From Octopus sinensis (lineage: Eukaryota), in NCBI RefSeq assembly GCF_006345805.1, contig NC_043006.1, forward strand, positions 96,472,001 to 96,536,000: a stretch of 64,000 bases of DNA, written 5' to 3'. Positions 1 to 13,029 of the stretch are shown here, piece after piece; within the stretch, counting starts at the first letter, position 1, and each line of letters begins with the position of its first letter. The notes under the pieces are model-generated. The model was not told the origin of the DNA. It ran no database searches and saw only the letters and a list, made by a program, of their open reading frames with translations. Position numbers and translations under genes: made by a program.

Positions 1-99
1 TCGTAAAATATGTGAGGAACATTTATGTTTATAAAAAAAAAGAGATTTATAAAATAACAGGTAACAGCTATATTTATCAAAAAATGCTATGTGAATAAA

Positions 100-1360
100 A
101 TAAACCTTTTCTATAATGTTATTCAATAAAGCCACCTTCAGCTTTATTCAGCTTCAGTGAGATCTAAGACATCTACATGCTCGAATCAAGTGGTCCTGGT
201 TTATTTTGGATATTATTCTGACTATGGCGGCTTTCAAAAAAATGTTGGTGCTATGGGCACGTTCATTGATCTCTCTTTCAATAACGATCCACATGCAATA
301 GTTCAATGGATTGAGATCTGGGGAATGAGGAGGCCAAATGTTAGGGGTTATGTGATCATGAAAATTTTCAGCCATCCATTGCTGTGTTACTAGTGTGTGA
401 TAGTGCAAAGTCTTACTGAAATACATACGTCCTTCCATTGCATACATTGTCTATCCGGGACTTAACAATTATTTCTAGGACCACAATGTAGGTGGCAGAG
501 TTAACTCTAAAACCTTGTGGAAAGGAGGCATCACATGTTCTTCATTGCTGACAAACCCTAAAACCATGACAGCTGCAGAAAATTTTGTATGGAACTTCAG
601 AAGGGTCTGCACATAACAATCTGTCATTTCTTTTGTTAACGTTTTGATCGTGGTCGAAGTTTTTCTCGTTTGAGAAAAACCAAATCAAATCTTCTTCAGC
701 TGGATTTTACAGTTTATTTAAGAGCCTTTTAGATCTGATGAAGTGATTTTCTTTTGCTTTTTCTGACAAATTGACCTTTCCTCACCCTATAAGATTCACA
801 TCTGATGTCTTCTTGGACAACATTTCTGACTGTTCCTTCTGACACATGGAGATCTTTTGCAATTGATGTCATGGATGTTCTGGGATTGGAATCAATGGTC
901 TGTTGAACCTGCTGGATAAATTCAGGTGTTTTGATGATTTCAGAGCGATTAGAATACTTTTTATGCTTTGATACTGGTGATACATTTCCATCTTCAGTCT
1001 CTAACACCTTACAAAATTTGTAGACAAAAGATGTGGCAACTTTTAAAAATCGAGATATTTCTAAATCTCTATGCTCAGCCTTTATAAGCACCATAACTGC
1101 AAGACTTTTCATTTCTTGAGTAAGCTGAGGGTCTGCCATTATGATTTTCTGAAACAAAGAACATACAGAGTTAGCAAAAATTGCAGCAATAACTCCAAAA
1201 ATGTATGTCCTCAAATACCTTATGCACCCTGTACATACATGCAATTATATGCATATACATACATGCATAGAGTCATATATACTAAACAGCAGAAAAAAAG
1301 TTTGCATAATAACTCAAGGCCTAAATGTTTTGAAGAGAAACAGTTCTGGAGCCAATTTTA
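100..1360 (-). mobile_element. Decayed Tc1/mariner (probably DD37D/maT-like) transposon with broken transposase
   Basis: ORF 729-1244 gives an HTH-type N-terminus. ORF 154-447 gives WMAENFHDHITPNIWPPHSPDLNPLNY, the WPPxSPDLNP catalytic motif. Frameshifts and stops lie between them; TIRs not identified. Confidence 0.8.
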
Positions 1361-1372
1361 TAGGTAATATAC

Positions 1373-1730
1373 ACGCACACGGCTCAGTGGTTAGAGTGTC
1401 AGGCTTACAATCATGAGGTAGTGAGTTCGTTTCCCGGGCCGGGTTGTGTGTTCTATTCTTAAGCAAGACGCTTATTTCATGTTGCTCCAGTTCACTCAGC
1501 TGTAGAAAAGAATAGAGATGTTACTGGTGCCAAGCTGTATTGGCCCCTTTTGCCTTTCCTTTGGATAACATCGCTGGCATGGATATTGGTGAGTGGGATG
1601 CATGGGCGACCGCTGGCCTTCCACAGAAACAACCTTGCCTGGACTTGTGCCTAGGAGGGGAACTTTCTATGTGCAATCCCATTACCATTCATGACCGAAG
1701 TGGGGTCTTTAACTTTTTATACTTAAATAT
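1373..1730 (+). mobile_element. tRNA-derived SINE (family D type)
   Basis: A-box/B-box-like head (ggctcagtggttagagtg...gagttcgtttccc) followed by gttgctccagttcactcagctg, shared with the copy at 24374. Confidence 0.75.
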
Positions 1731-1739
1731 ATAGGGGTT

Positions 1740-1888
1740 AGGAGCGGCTGTGTGATAGGTAGCTCCCTTACCAACCACATGTTCCGGGTTCAGTCCCACT
1801 GCGTGACACTTTGGGCAAGTGTCTTCTACTTTAACTTGGCCGAAAAAGCAAGTGGATTTGGTGGACGGAAACTGAAAGAACCCCGTTG

Positions 1889-1890
<2 letters not shown>
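1740..1890 (+). mobile_element. SINE family A, 5' part
   Basis: Matches the head of full copies at 3241, 12180 and 26020 (ccaaccacatg...ttcagtcccactgcg...ggaaactgaaagaa). Confidence 0.75.
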
Positions 1891-1973
<83 letters not shown>

Positions 1974-2029
1974 TATAATATATATATATAGATATTATAT
2001 ATATATATGTATATATATAAAAATATATA

Positions 2030-2070
<41 letters not shown>

Positions 2071-2165
2071 TATATATAATATATATATATATACATATAT
2101 ATATGTACATATATATACATATAATATGTACATATATATACATATATATATGTACATATATATAC

Positions 2166-2247
<82 letters not shown>

Positions 2248-2265
2248 GTATGTATATATATATTA
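1890..2265. repeat. (TA)n / (TACA)n microsatellite
   Basis: Directly visible dinucleotide run. Confidence 0.95.
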
Positions 2266-2390
2266 GGTGTGGTGTACAGATATTGAATACTGAGAAAAAG
2301 GTCGCTAGAATTTTGGAAAAATAATCTTTTTATTATTCCTTATTATTATAATTTTGTGAGTGTACAAACAGCTTGTTCATTTATGTAAAA

Positions 2391-2787
2391 CTAGCAGTAT
2401 CGCCCGGCGTTGCTCGGGTTTGTAAGGGAAATAACTATATAAGCATTTTTAGAGAGTTATAGCCAAAAACTAGCAAAAAAATGCATTAAAATGGAAAAAA
2501 ATTATGGTAAATTTTTTTTTTAATCGTTGACTCATCGTAAACATTTTTAGAGAGTTACTTCCCTTATATAATAGAGACTAAAATGCATTAAAATGAAAAA
2601 AAATGATGGTAAATTTTTTTGTAAATCGTAGACTCATCATAGACGCGCGCTAATACCCAGAAGGGCTCGATATGAATCACGACTATAAGATACCCGGTTT
2701 TGGTTAAACTGCACCGCAAAATGTGGGAGTAGTTAGGAATCTAAATCGTAGGAGACAGACACACAACTTCACTTTTATATATAAAGA
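2391..2787 (-). mobile_element. Non-autonomous Helitron
   Basis: On the minus strand it starts TC (tctttatatataaaag) and ends with the hairpin cccgagcaacgccggg plus CTAG, inserted at A|T. Homologous to 35709-36218. Confidence 0.8.
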
Positions 2788-2879
2788 TATATAAATGAAC
2801 AATGTAAATGAACGCTTATAATAATGAATAAATATAAATATTTTTCCAAAATTCTGGAGTATATGTATATGTGTGTATG

Positions 2880-3085
2880 TGTGTGTGTGTGTGTGTGTGA
2901 GTATGTCTCTGTTTGTTCCCGCCAACATCGCTTGACAACTGATGCTGGTGCGTTTTCGTCCCCGGCAAAAGAGAATGATAGAATGAGTACTAGGCTTACA
3001 AGGTATAAATCCTGGGCTAGATTTGCTCGACTACAAGCGGTGCTCCAGCATGGCCGCAGTCAAATGACTGAAACAAAAGAATATA
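2880..3085 (+). mobile_element. SINE family A, 3' part
   Basis: caacatcgcttgacaac...gcatggccgcagtcaaatgactgaaac, the tail shared with other family A copies. Confidence 0.75.
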
Positions 3086-3240
3086 TATGCACACACATAC
3101 ACACCACACACACATATACAAACACACGTGAATATTTTGTATAGTATTTAATACACCTTTATTCACGTTTGTTCTAATTTATTTTTCCTTCCACACTGAG
3201 TTAATTCTCTTCGTTCATTTGAAACAATAACAAACTACAG

Positions 3241-3665
3241 GCGCAGGTGTGGCTGTGTGGTAAGCGGCTTGGTTACCAACCACATGGTTCCAGGTTCAGT
3301 CCCACTGCGTGGCACCTTGCGCAGGTGTCTTCTACTCGGGCCGACCAAAGTTTTGTGAATGGAATTGGTGGAGCGGAAACTGAAAGAAGCCTGTTGTGTC
3401 TGCGTCTGTATTGCGTTTGTCCCCCTCCCAACAAGTAGTAGCAGTAGTAGTAGTAGTGGGAGGAGGAGGAGGAGTAGGAGTAGTAGTGGTTGGCAATCGG
3501 ACGCTAGTGCGTTTACGTCACCGTAACTTAGCGATTCGGAAAAAAATAGCGATGGAATAAGTACTAGGCTTACAAATAATAAATTCTGGGGTCGATTTGC
3601 TAAACTACAGGCGGTGCTGCAGCATGGCCGCAGTCAAATGAATGAAAGAAGTAAAAGAAAAAAAG
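3241..3665 (+). mobile_element. SINE family A, near full length
   Basis: ggcgcaggtgtggctgtgtggtaag tRNA-like head through to the gcagtcaaatgaatgaaag tail. Confidence 0.85.
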
Positions 3666-3867
3666 AAAAGAATCCGTTCTGATCCATTTACGATAAGGGA
3701 CAACGTACACCCCACAATACAGAACATTACACTACCACTAGCATGACACGAACTCATAATACTCCAGTTGAGATAATTACACCCATACACACACACTCAC
3801 ACACACACACACTCTCACACACATACTCACACACACACACACTCACACACACACACACACACACACT

Positions 3868-4245
3868 CAGAGGCTTCTTTTTCAGTTTCTGTCTACGAAA
3901 TCCACCCAGAAAGCTTTGATCGACCCGTAGGTATATATTTCTTTACTACCCACAAGGGGCTAAATACAGAGGGGACAAACAAGGACAGACAAAAGGATTA
4001 AGTCGATTACATCGACCCCAGTGCGAAACTGTACTTTATTTATCGACCCCGAAAGGATGAAAAAGCAAAGTCGACCTCGGCGGAATTTGAACTCAGAACG
4101 TAACGGCAGACGAAATACGGCTAGGCATTTCGCCTGGGTATAGTAGGAAGACACTAGGCCAATGTGCCCCGCAGTAGGACTGAACCCGGAACCATGTGGT
4201 TGGGAAGCAAATTTCCTATCTCAGAACCGCGCCTGCGCGTATACG
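3868..4245 (-). mobile_element. SINE family A head interrupted by a nested SINE family B (~3935-4135)
   Basis: Family A sequence stops near 3930 and resumes near 4136; the intervening DNA is the reverse complement of family B. Confidence 0.75.
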
Positions 4246-4319
4246 AATATACGTGATTCTGTGTGGTGTGCAAGTATGTGTGTGTGTGTGTGTGTGTGTG
4301 TAACGTCTTCTAAATGTTG

Positions 4320-6690
4320 CAATCCTCTCCTCCCACCACTCCCATCTTCTCTGCGTTACTCTCCTCCTTCCTTCATTCCACGCTTTCGCTCTCCTTTCAC
4401 ACACCTCTCTACAACCCCTTCTCCGCTTTCCCTCCCTCTGTTTCCATGCAATCTCTTCCCCCTACTCCCCAATTTCTACTCTGTCTCTTCCCATTCTGTT
4501 GTCCCTCTCTTCCTCAGCTTCCTGCACCTCTCACACATTATAATCCCCCCACCACCACTGCTCTTCATAAGTCCCCCTCCTCCTCCTCAGCAACACCACT
4601 ACCACCGCTGCTGGTGTACTACTACTACTACTACTACTACTGGCTTTGTGCTTGTCTGTCCGTTGTTGCTGAACTTAGTTACGAATTATGGAGACCGCCT
4701 GTTTCACGCCTATTCGTTCGTTTTATTCATTCTTTTATTCTTCCATTCTGCTGCTTTTATTCGTCGTCTGCTTCTCGCTGCCTGTCTGCTGTCTGCTGCA
4801 ACTGCTGTCTTGGCCATGCCGTCTCCCAACGGAAACAACCGAACACAGCGCAAGCATTCACTGGCCACGCCCTGACGCTATATAACTCCGCCTTTCGCTT
4901 CGCTTCCTACACCTTCTCTTTCTCTTCCCTTTCCCCTCCACAATCTCTCTGTTCATTCGTTTTCGTCCGCCTTCTCTCCTCTCTCAACGTCCACTTCTAC
5001 CACTTTCTCTTTGTCTCCTCCTACTCTGAGGCCTTCACTTTATCCTCTATATCTCCTCCTTCTATCCCCCTCATTTGTCCTCGTCCCTTCTTCTCCCACT
5101 CCTCCTTCTCTGTCAGCATTCCTTTCTACCACTTTCCTTTTATCTCTATCCTCCCCTACCACCTTATCTCCCCATCTTCTTCTCGCCCCTCTCTTTCAAT
5201 ACTTCTACATCCCCCCCATTCCTTTCCTTCATTATCTTTGTCTTAACTCCTCCTACTCAGACGTTCTTACTTGACTCCTCCCGTTTCAGCATTCTACACG
5301 TCTTTCTCCACGTCTCCAACTTTCCCGCCTCTGCCTTCCACCCCATTTCACTTCCTTATTCTCAATTTTCTCCTCCTTCTTTCCCCTCTCCCACCCTCTT
5401 TCTATCTGTCTCTCACCCTTTCTCTATGTGTCTCTGTGTCTCTTTCTTTGCCTTTTCTTTCTTTCTTTCTTTCTTTCTTTCGCCATATCTAATTTCATTT
5501 TTCATATTTCTTTTGAATTCCTTCTCCAGATTTCTTTATTTCACTCACTTATTCCTCATTCTTTGTTCTTATTCAAATTTCATCATCACCATCATCATCA
5601 TCATCATCACCACCACCACCATCGTCGTCGTTGTCTTCTTCTCTTCTTCCTTCTTCTTATTCTTCTTCTTTTTCTTCTTCTTCTTCTTCTCTTACAAACT
5701 TATTTTATCTTATCTTCCTACTAATTCTTAAAATTCTTATTCTTCTTCTCATTCTTCTTAATTCATCAATCTTCTTATTTTTTCTTATTATTATCTTATT
5801 CTCTTACTCATTATTCCACTTCTTCTTCTTTATTATTATTCTTCCAATTCTTCTCATTCTTATTATCATAATAATTCTCTCCAATTATTCTGCGTCTTAT
5901 ACTTCTTCTTGTTCTATGTTCTTATTGTTATTCTCGTCTTCTATGTTTATTCTTGTTATTATTCTTCTCCTTCTTTATTATTCTCCTTCACCAATTCTTC
6001 TTCTTTTATTTTCTTATTCTTATTCTTCTTCTTTTACCTTCACCAATTCTTCTTCTTCTCTTCTACTCTCCTCCTTCATCTCCTCCTCCTCTCTTCCTAC
6101 CTTCTTCTTCCAATTTTCTCACTTCTTCTCCTCATCCTTCTTCCAATTCTTTGCGTCTTCTTGTTGTTGTTCTTCTTCTTCTTTGTCTTCTTCTTCTTCT
6201 TCCTCTTTTTCTTCTTCTTCTTCTTCTTCTTCTTCTTCTTTTCTTCTCCTCCTCCTTCTTCCAATTCTTCTTCTTCTTCTTCCAATTCTTCTTCTTCTTC
6301 TTCTTCTTCTTCTTCTTCTTCTTCTTCTCCCCTTCTTCATTCTTCTTTCTTCCTTCCAATTCTTCTTCTTCTTCTTCTTCTTCTTCTTCTTCTTCTCCCC
6401 TTCTTCCAATTCTTTTTTCTTCTTCTTCTTCTTCTTCTTCTCCTTCTTCCAATTCTTCTTCTTCTCTTCCTCCTCCTTGTTCCAATTCTTCTTCTCTTCC
6501 TCCTCTTCTTCCAATTCTTCTTCTTCTTCTTCCAATTCTTCTTATTCTTCTTCTTCTTTTCTTCTTCTTCTTCTCCGTTTCCAGTTCTTCTCTTCTTCTC
6601 TTACTACATCCTGTGTCCAATTCTTCTCTCTTCCTCCTCCTTCTTCCAATTCTTTTCTTCTTCTTCTTCTTCTTCTTCTTTTTCTTCTTC
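4320..6690. repeat. Long pyrimidine-rich low-complexity tract ending in degenerate (TTC)n
   Basis: C/T-dominated + strand with a recurring ttccaattcttcttc motif at ~5950-6690. Confidence 0.9.
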
Positions 6691-6691
6691 T

Positions 6692-6836
6692 TGCTGAGTT
6701 TAAATTCCGCCGAAGTCGACTTTGCTTTCATCCTTTCGGTGTCGATAAATTAAGTACCAGTTCTCTACTGGAATCGATGTGATCGACTGTCCCTCTCCAT
6801 ACAAAATCCAGGCCTTGCGCCTATAGTAGAAAGGAA

Positions 6837-6840
<4 letters not shown>
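6692..6840 (+). mobile_element. SINE family B, partial, with (TTA)n tail
   Basis: gagtttaaattccgccgaagtcgactttgctttcatcctttcggtgtcgataaattaagtaccag core. Confidence 0.8.
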
Positions 6841-6905
<65 letters not shown>

Positions 6906-6922
6906 TATCATTATTATTATTA

Positions 6923-6964
<42 letters not shown>

Positions 6965-7017
6965 GTTTTATTATTATTATTATCATCTTCATCATCATCA
7001 TCATCATCATTATTATG

Positions 7018-8421
7018 TTATACCTGCGGACTGGAGAACAGCGATAATCTGCCCAATTTTCAAGAAAGGGAGCCGCGAAGACCCGCTTAACTACCGACCG
7101 GTTTCCCTTACATCAATAATCAGCAAGATGTTCGAAACCATCCTTAAGAAAATGCTCCACCTCCAAAACACAGCCTCCATCTCTGATTCCCAACACGGCT
7201 TCGTGCTGAAGAGATCATGCTTGACCAACTTACTGGTAATGGAAGAATTGGTGACGCGCATCCTCGATGATAGTGATGCTGTTGACATCGTTTTATTGGA
7301 CTTTGCCAAAGCTTTTGACTCGGTAAACCACCGCCTATTACTTGTCAAGCTTCAAGCATATAGTTTCCATCCGGATATTGTACGATGGGTTGGTGCCTTC
7401 CTCTCAGATCGCTCCTTCCAAGTCCAAGTAAATGGTTCGCGGTCCGACCTCTCCAGTGCGAGCAGTGGCGTGCCTCAAGGTTCAGTGCTTGGGCCCTTAT
7501 TTGTTCTTAGTCTTCATAAATGACTTGCCCGACGACCTCACGCAACACACCCTTCAATTTGCCGACGATATCAAACTGGTCGCTTCTCGCGGTGATATAG
7601 AGGATCTTCGTCGATGCCTCCACCAAATTTGGAAGTGGTCTAACGAATGGGACCCGTGTCTGAACGTGTCAAACTGCTGTCATCTGCCTGTTGGCTCTCC
7701 TCCTGCAACTCAACTTGATTTCGAGCCGGGTCGTCTGCTGCTGGAGAGGACCGATCAGGTAAAGGGCCTGGGTATCTTGGTGGATTCCTCCTTTTCGCCT
7801 TCGGCCCAGTGCGTCCATGCTGCCAACAAAGCACGCGGAATTCTGTTCTTGATTCGACGGTCATTCGGAATGCTCACAGCAGCCATATTCCTACCACTCT
7901 ATGTCACGCTGGTGAGACCCATATTGGAATACGGGATTCAAGCCTCTTCTCCTTATCTCCTCAAAGACATACAGCATCTCGAAAGAGTCCAGAAGCTGGC
8001 TACCCGCATGGTTCATGGTCTCAAAAATTTGTCCTATGAAGAAAGGCTGAGGACGCTCGACCTTATTCTCTTGAAAAAACGCCGCCGCCGTGGTGGATCT
8101 CATTCTCGCCCACAGCATCATAAGCGGAAGTGTAACCTCTCGAAAGAGCTGTTCTTCACTCCTGCTCCAGAGCGTCGGCTGCGGGGTCATTCCGAAAAGC
8201 TTTACCTGCGACGATTCATCTCAATCGAAGGAGAGGAGCTTTCTCCGTCCGGGTTGCGGATCCGTGGAACAAGCTGCCAGACGAGATGGTGAAGATGCCG
8301 ACGACCGCTTTGTTCAAAGCCTCACTTGACCTCAAGTGGCCTGAACTCTTTACATGAACACCACCCTGTACTTAACTCCATGTCCCCCTACATGGCCTTG
8401 CTATTTGCTTTTGAGCCAAAT

Positions 8422-8452
<31 letters not shown>
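7018..8452 (+). mobile_element. 5'-truncated CR1-like LINE: frameshifted reverse transcriptase, 3' UTR and (TAAC)n tail
   Basis: NYRPVSLTS, QHGF, DFAKAFDSV, GVPQGSVLGP and FADDIKL motifs across ORFs 7128-7523 and 7432-8292, with a frameshift near 7500. The taac repeat tail is at ~8422-8452. Confidence 0.9.
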
Positions 8453-8476
8453 TTATTATTAATATTATTATTATTT

Positions 8477-8695
8477 AAGGCGGCGAGCTGGCACAATCGT
8501 TAGCACGACGGGCGAAATGTTTAACGGTATTTCGTCTGCCGCTACGTTCTGAGTTAAAATTCCGCCGAGGTCGACTTTAGCTGTCATCTTTTCGGGATCG
8601 ATAAATTAAGTACCAGTGTAACACTGAGGTCGATGTGATCGACTATCTCCCTACACCAGAATTTCAGGCCTTGTGCCTTTGGTACAAAGGATTAT
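8477..8695 (+). mobile_element. SINE family B
   Basis: ggcggcgagctggcacaatcgttagcacg head, core and (TTA)n tail. Confidence 0.85.
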
Positions 8696-8703
8696 TATTA
8701 TTA

Positions 8704-8768
<65 letters not shown>

Positions 8769-8771
8769 TCC

Positions 8772-8997
8772 TTCTTTCTTCAATTTTTCTTCCGTTTCTC
8801 GCCGAGTGTTTTCCGTATACCTAGGGCAGAGAAGCTCATTGCATGAATTCCCAGATTACACACGCAAATTCACAGATAAAATATGTATTTAAAAAATTAA
8901 TAAATAAATAATATCATGAATGGATGTTGTTTTTACAGCGATAATGCTCTTCTCAGTATATGAGCCGTTCCAGTTAACACGATGTTTTGTACTTCCT

Positions 8998-9000
<3 letters not shown>
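8772..9000 (-). mobile_element. Extreme 3' end of an R4/Dong-like (RLE) non-LTR retrotransposon
   Basis: QEVQNIVLTGTAHILRRALSL-stop, then a short UTR and (TAA)n tail. Confidence 0.7.
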
Positions 9001-9055
<55 letters not shown>

Positions 9056-9098
9056 CATCATCATTATTATCATTATATATTTTATTATTATTATAATT

Positions 9099-9598
9099 TG
9101 ATGAGCGAGCAAGTTCATGCCATCAAAGTGACACTGGGGTAAAATATACGAAGCCCAATATACCCATCATGACAACCCGTCTGATAAGGGTACACCAGGC
9201 CACATGCATCACAACCATATGTGCGCGACATGGTGATCTCATATCAAGATAAACAGCACATGACCTTGCAGGTGGGGCCCAGTTAGAATTTCTTCAGGTT
9301 GAGTAGCCCATCCCGCTCAAAAGGTCCCGAATAAGGGTTATTTAGGATGTTGAAAGAACCACCCATGTTTCCAGAGGTGAATTATTCAAACCCCAAAGAA
9401 TCCCTCTCAACAACATGGCTATGATGCTCCCCCATTACTTCTGCTCGTGATCAGAGATGCACATATCGTCAGCCACTAAAGGACATGCTCAATGGTTAAG
9501 GTCAAACAACTGACAAGCAAATCTGTGGTATTGAGCAGAATATTTGCTGTAGCCATCTTTTATACAAGACAAAACAATGTACATGATAACACCTCCAA
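9099..9598 (-). mobile_element. Interspersed repeat family C (non-coding, TAA-tailed)
   Basis: High similarity to 22184-22674 and 27740-28312. Confidence 0.85.
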
Positions 9599-10195
9599 TT
9601 ATTATTATTATTTTTATTATTATGATTATTATTATTATTATATTATTATTATTATTATCATTATTATTATTATTATTGTTATTATTAGTATTATCATTTA
9701 TTTATTTATCCTTCGTCTTCGTCATCATCATCATCATCATCATCTTCTTCTTCGTCTTCTTCTTCTTCTTCTTTCACCCCACTCCTTTTTTTGCCCTCCT
9801 TTTAATCATCATATTCACATTATCAATTTCGCCTTTTTCTCATCCTCCCAAACTCGATAAAGCTAAAGCAAAGTATGCCAGTCATATATTGGCACTACTT
9901 TAAATCGACCATTTCCATCTCGGAGAATGTTTTTAACTTATACACACGCATACATTGGATATCAAGTGTCGCCAAAATGGATTAATACTTAACATTTTCC
10001 GGCCATACGCTTTTTAACGTGTAACAATTATTACCATGATTAGTTCAGTACAGGCTTCTGTTCAATTTACCTTTTATACATACGGGTTGATAAGAGAAAG
10101 TACCAGTTATATACTGCGGTTGATTCAGCCTTCACTGATATCATTGTCGTCGTCGTCGACATCTCCTTCCACTTGAGCGTATATATATACACACA

Positions 10196-10425
10196 GAGGC
10201 GAGCTGGCAGAATCGATAGCACGCCGGGCGAAATGCTTAGCAGTATTTCGTCTGCCGTTACGTTCTGAGTTCCAATTCCGCCGAGGTCGACTTTGCCTTT
10301 CATCATTTCGGGGTCGATAAATTAAGTACCAGTTTCGCACTGGGGTCGATGTAATCGACTTAATCCCCTTGTCTGTCCTTGTTTGTCCCCTTTATGTTTA
10401 GCCCCTTGGGGGCAGTAAAGAAATA
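10196..10425 (+). mobile_element. SINE family B, near full length
   Basis: Head, core and gtttagcccc...gtaaagaaata tail. Confidence 0.85.
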
Positions 10426-10461
10426 TATATACACACACACACGCACACATACATACACACA

Positions 10462-11255
10462 CAGAGGATGCGATGGTAAATGTTATATTTTCAATTTCGT
10501 GCATGCGTGTTGTTTGTTTTTTATTTTGTCAACTACACAGTATAGAAGGGTCAGCTGGGCACCGTCTGTGAGAAAAACAGCACCATGGAGCAATTCACTA
10601 CGCCAGAAATTTGGAAGCGACATGCTGTATGGCTTTGGCATTCGCACCGGACACTCCAATACGAATATTTCAGAGTGTCCGGTGGTCCAGCTGTGGACAG
10701 TGCAATCTGAGGACAGATGTACCGAGATTAATAACAATCATACATCCAGTCAACATCACGGTGTTAGGAGTGAGCACTAGTGATAGCGACATTGTGCTTC
10801 TAGTCATCGTCCCACACGGCCTCACACTCAACACAGAGACCTAGGTCAAGTCCCTGGAGGAGGTAGTGCTACCCTGGGTCAAGGGGTTAGCTGCTGGAAG
10901 ACCCTATATCTAGCAACAGGACTCTGCACCATGTCACACAAACAGGAAAACACAGTCATGTCTGTCAGACAATCTCTGCGACCACATCACCCCTAACGTC
11001 TGGCCATTAACTCCCCAGACTGCAACCCCCCTTGATTATCATGTGAGGGGTGCAGTTGAGTGAGAGTTGAGTGAGACTCCAAAGTCGTCTCGAGGCCGTA
11101 GTTGAAGCCAATGGTGATTTTATTGATTAAATTTACTCTTTAGTATTTCAAGATAGTTTAAAGTAATTTTGGTAAATATGTAATATTGTCAGTGTCAATG
11201 TTGTTTTCAGTTTTGCGTAATTTACACGACAGTTTATACACTGCACCATCTAAAT
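10462..11255 (+). mobile_element. Internally deleted DD37D/maT-type Tc1/mariner remnant
   Basis: Reconstructed QQDSAPCH...WPxNSPDCNPLDY, with 37 residues between the second and third Asp. The right end resembles the terminus at 57301-57333. Confidence 0.75.
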
Positions 11256-11363
11256 ATATATTATATATTTATATATACTCGGAAGTTTGGGCCTCCAACC
11301 ATGCCTTTCGCGTCACACTTAAAGCCAGAAACTTTCTACGACACTCTCGTATATGTATATGTA

Positions 11364-11413
<50 letters not shown>

Positions 11414-11421
11414 ATCTATAA

Positions 11422-11468
<47 letters not shown>

Positions 11469-11535
11469 CATCCATCCAACAATATCTATCTATCTATCTA
11501 TCTATATCTATCTATCTATCTATCTATCATATATA

Positions 11536-11566
<31 letters not shown>

Positions 11567-11638
11567 ATTATATACATATATGAATATACATAGAAATACA
11601 TATATATATATATGTGTGTGTGTGTGTGCGTGTGTGTG

Positions 11639-11671
<33 letters not shown>

Positions 11672-12179
11672 ATGTGTGTGTATGTATGTGTGTGTATATA
11701 TGTGTGTGTGTGTGTGTTTTTGAGTGTGTATACCCCACTCGAATTCCACCAGTGACATCCAGTTATTGTCTTATATTCCTATGCCACATACTTCCCTCTT
11801 CCTCTGTTAAACGTGTCTATTCTAACAGTCTTCCTCCCAGACCCATATCCTAATAAATACATATAAATTTGTTTATATGTAAATTAGGGCTCATAATTCT
11901 AGAGTAATGCGGCGAACTGGCAGATTCGCTAGCACCACGGACAATAAATGCTTCGGTTCTGAGTTCAAATTCTGCCGAAGTGGATTTTGATTTTCAGCTT
12001 CCAGGTTCGACGAATTAAATACCAGTTGAATTTTGATGTCGATGCTCGCCCACCAAAATTTCAGGCTTTGTGCAGATAGTAAAAATGATTATGGTACTCT
12101 ACTACATAGTACTCAGTATATGTATCTCACAAATTCTTTGGAGTTATTCTGTATATCCTTCTTTTATATAATAAATATT

Positions 12180-12334
12180 CATGAGCGGCTGCGTTGTAAG
12201 TAGCTTGTTTACCAACCACATGGTTCTGGGTTCAGTCCCACTGAGTGGGTTCTTAGGCAAATGTCTTCTACTATAGCCTCGGGCCGACCAAAGTCTTGTC
12301 AGTGCATTTGGTAGACAGACAAACGTCGTGTGTA

Positions 12335-12387
<53 letters not shown>

Positions 12388-12710
12388 GTGTATCTATATA
12401 TAGATATATATATATATGTGTATGTATGCATGTATGTATGTTTGTATGTATGTATGTATGTATGTATGTATGTATGTATGTATATATGTATGTATGGTGT
12501 GTATATATGTCTGTGTTTGTCGCCCAACATCGCTTGACAACCAATGTTGGTGTGTTCACGTCCCCGTAACTTAGCGGTTCGGCTAAAGACCGATAGAATA
12601 AGTACTAGGCTTACAAAGAATAAGTCTTGCGGTCGACTTGCTCGACTAAAAGCGGTGCTCCAGCATGGCCGCAGTCAAATAACTGAAACAAATAAAAGAA
12701 TAAAAGAATG
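12180..12710 (+). mobile_element. SINE family A with expanded internal TA/TATG repeat
   Basis: Head and tail are both present, separated by microsatellite. Confidence 0.85.
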
Positions 12711-13029
12711 TATGTGCCGTGTGTTTATGTCCATGCGCACGCCGACACATATTTATATTAAGGTTTGTTTGTATGTCATTAGATTGTGGCCATGGTGGGA
12801 CATCGTTTGAAGATAAAACGAGTACCAGTCGCCTACTGGGGATAATCGACTTAACTCTGCACTGAAATTTATGGCCTTGAGCGAAAATTTAATACCAATA
12901 TATTGTTGTTTTCTTTTCACATGTTCAATTGTAATAAAAACGATTTTATATTCATGTTAAGGACTACTCCGTATCTTTATGGAGTAAAAATGCTTTATAC
13001 TTTAACAAGAACAGCATAGACAGTGACTT

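Noticed and set aside
4162-6782. Long ORFs (237-383 aa) in overlapping frames
   Set aside because: They are products of CT-rich and (TTC)n low-complexity sequence: poly-S/F/L on one strand and poly-E/K/R on the other, with no domain content.
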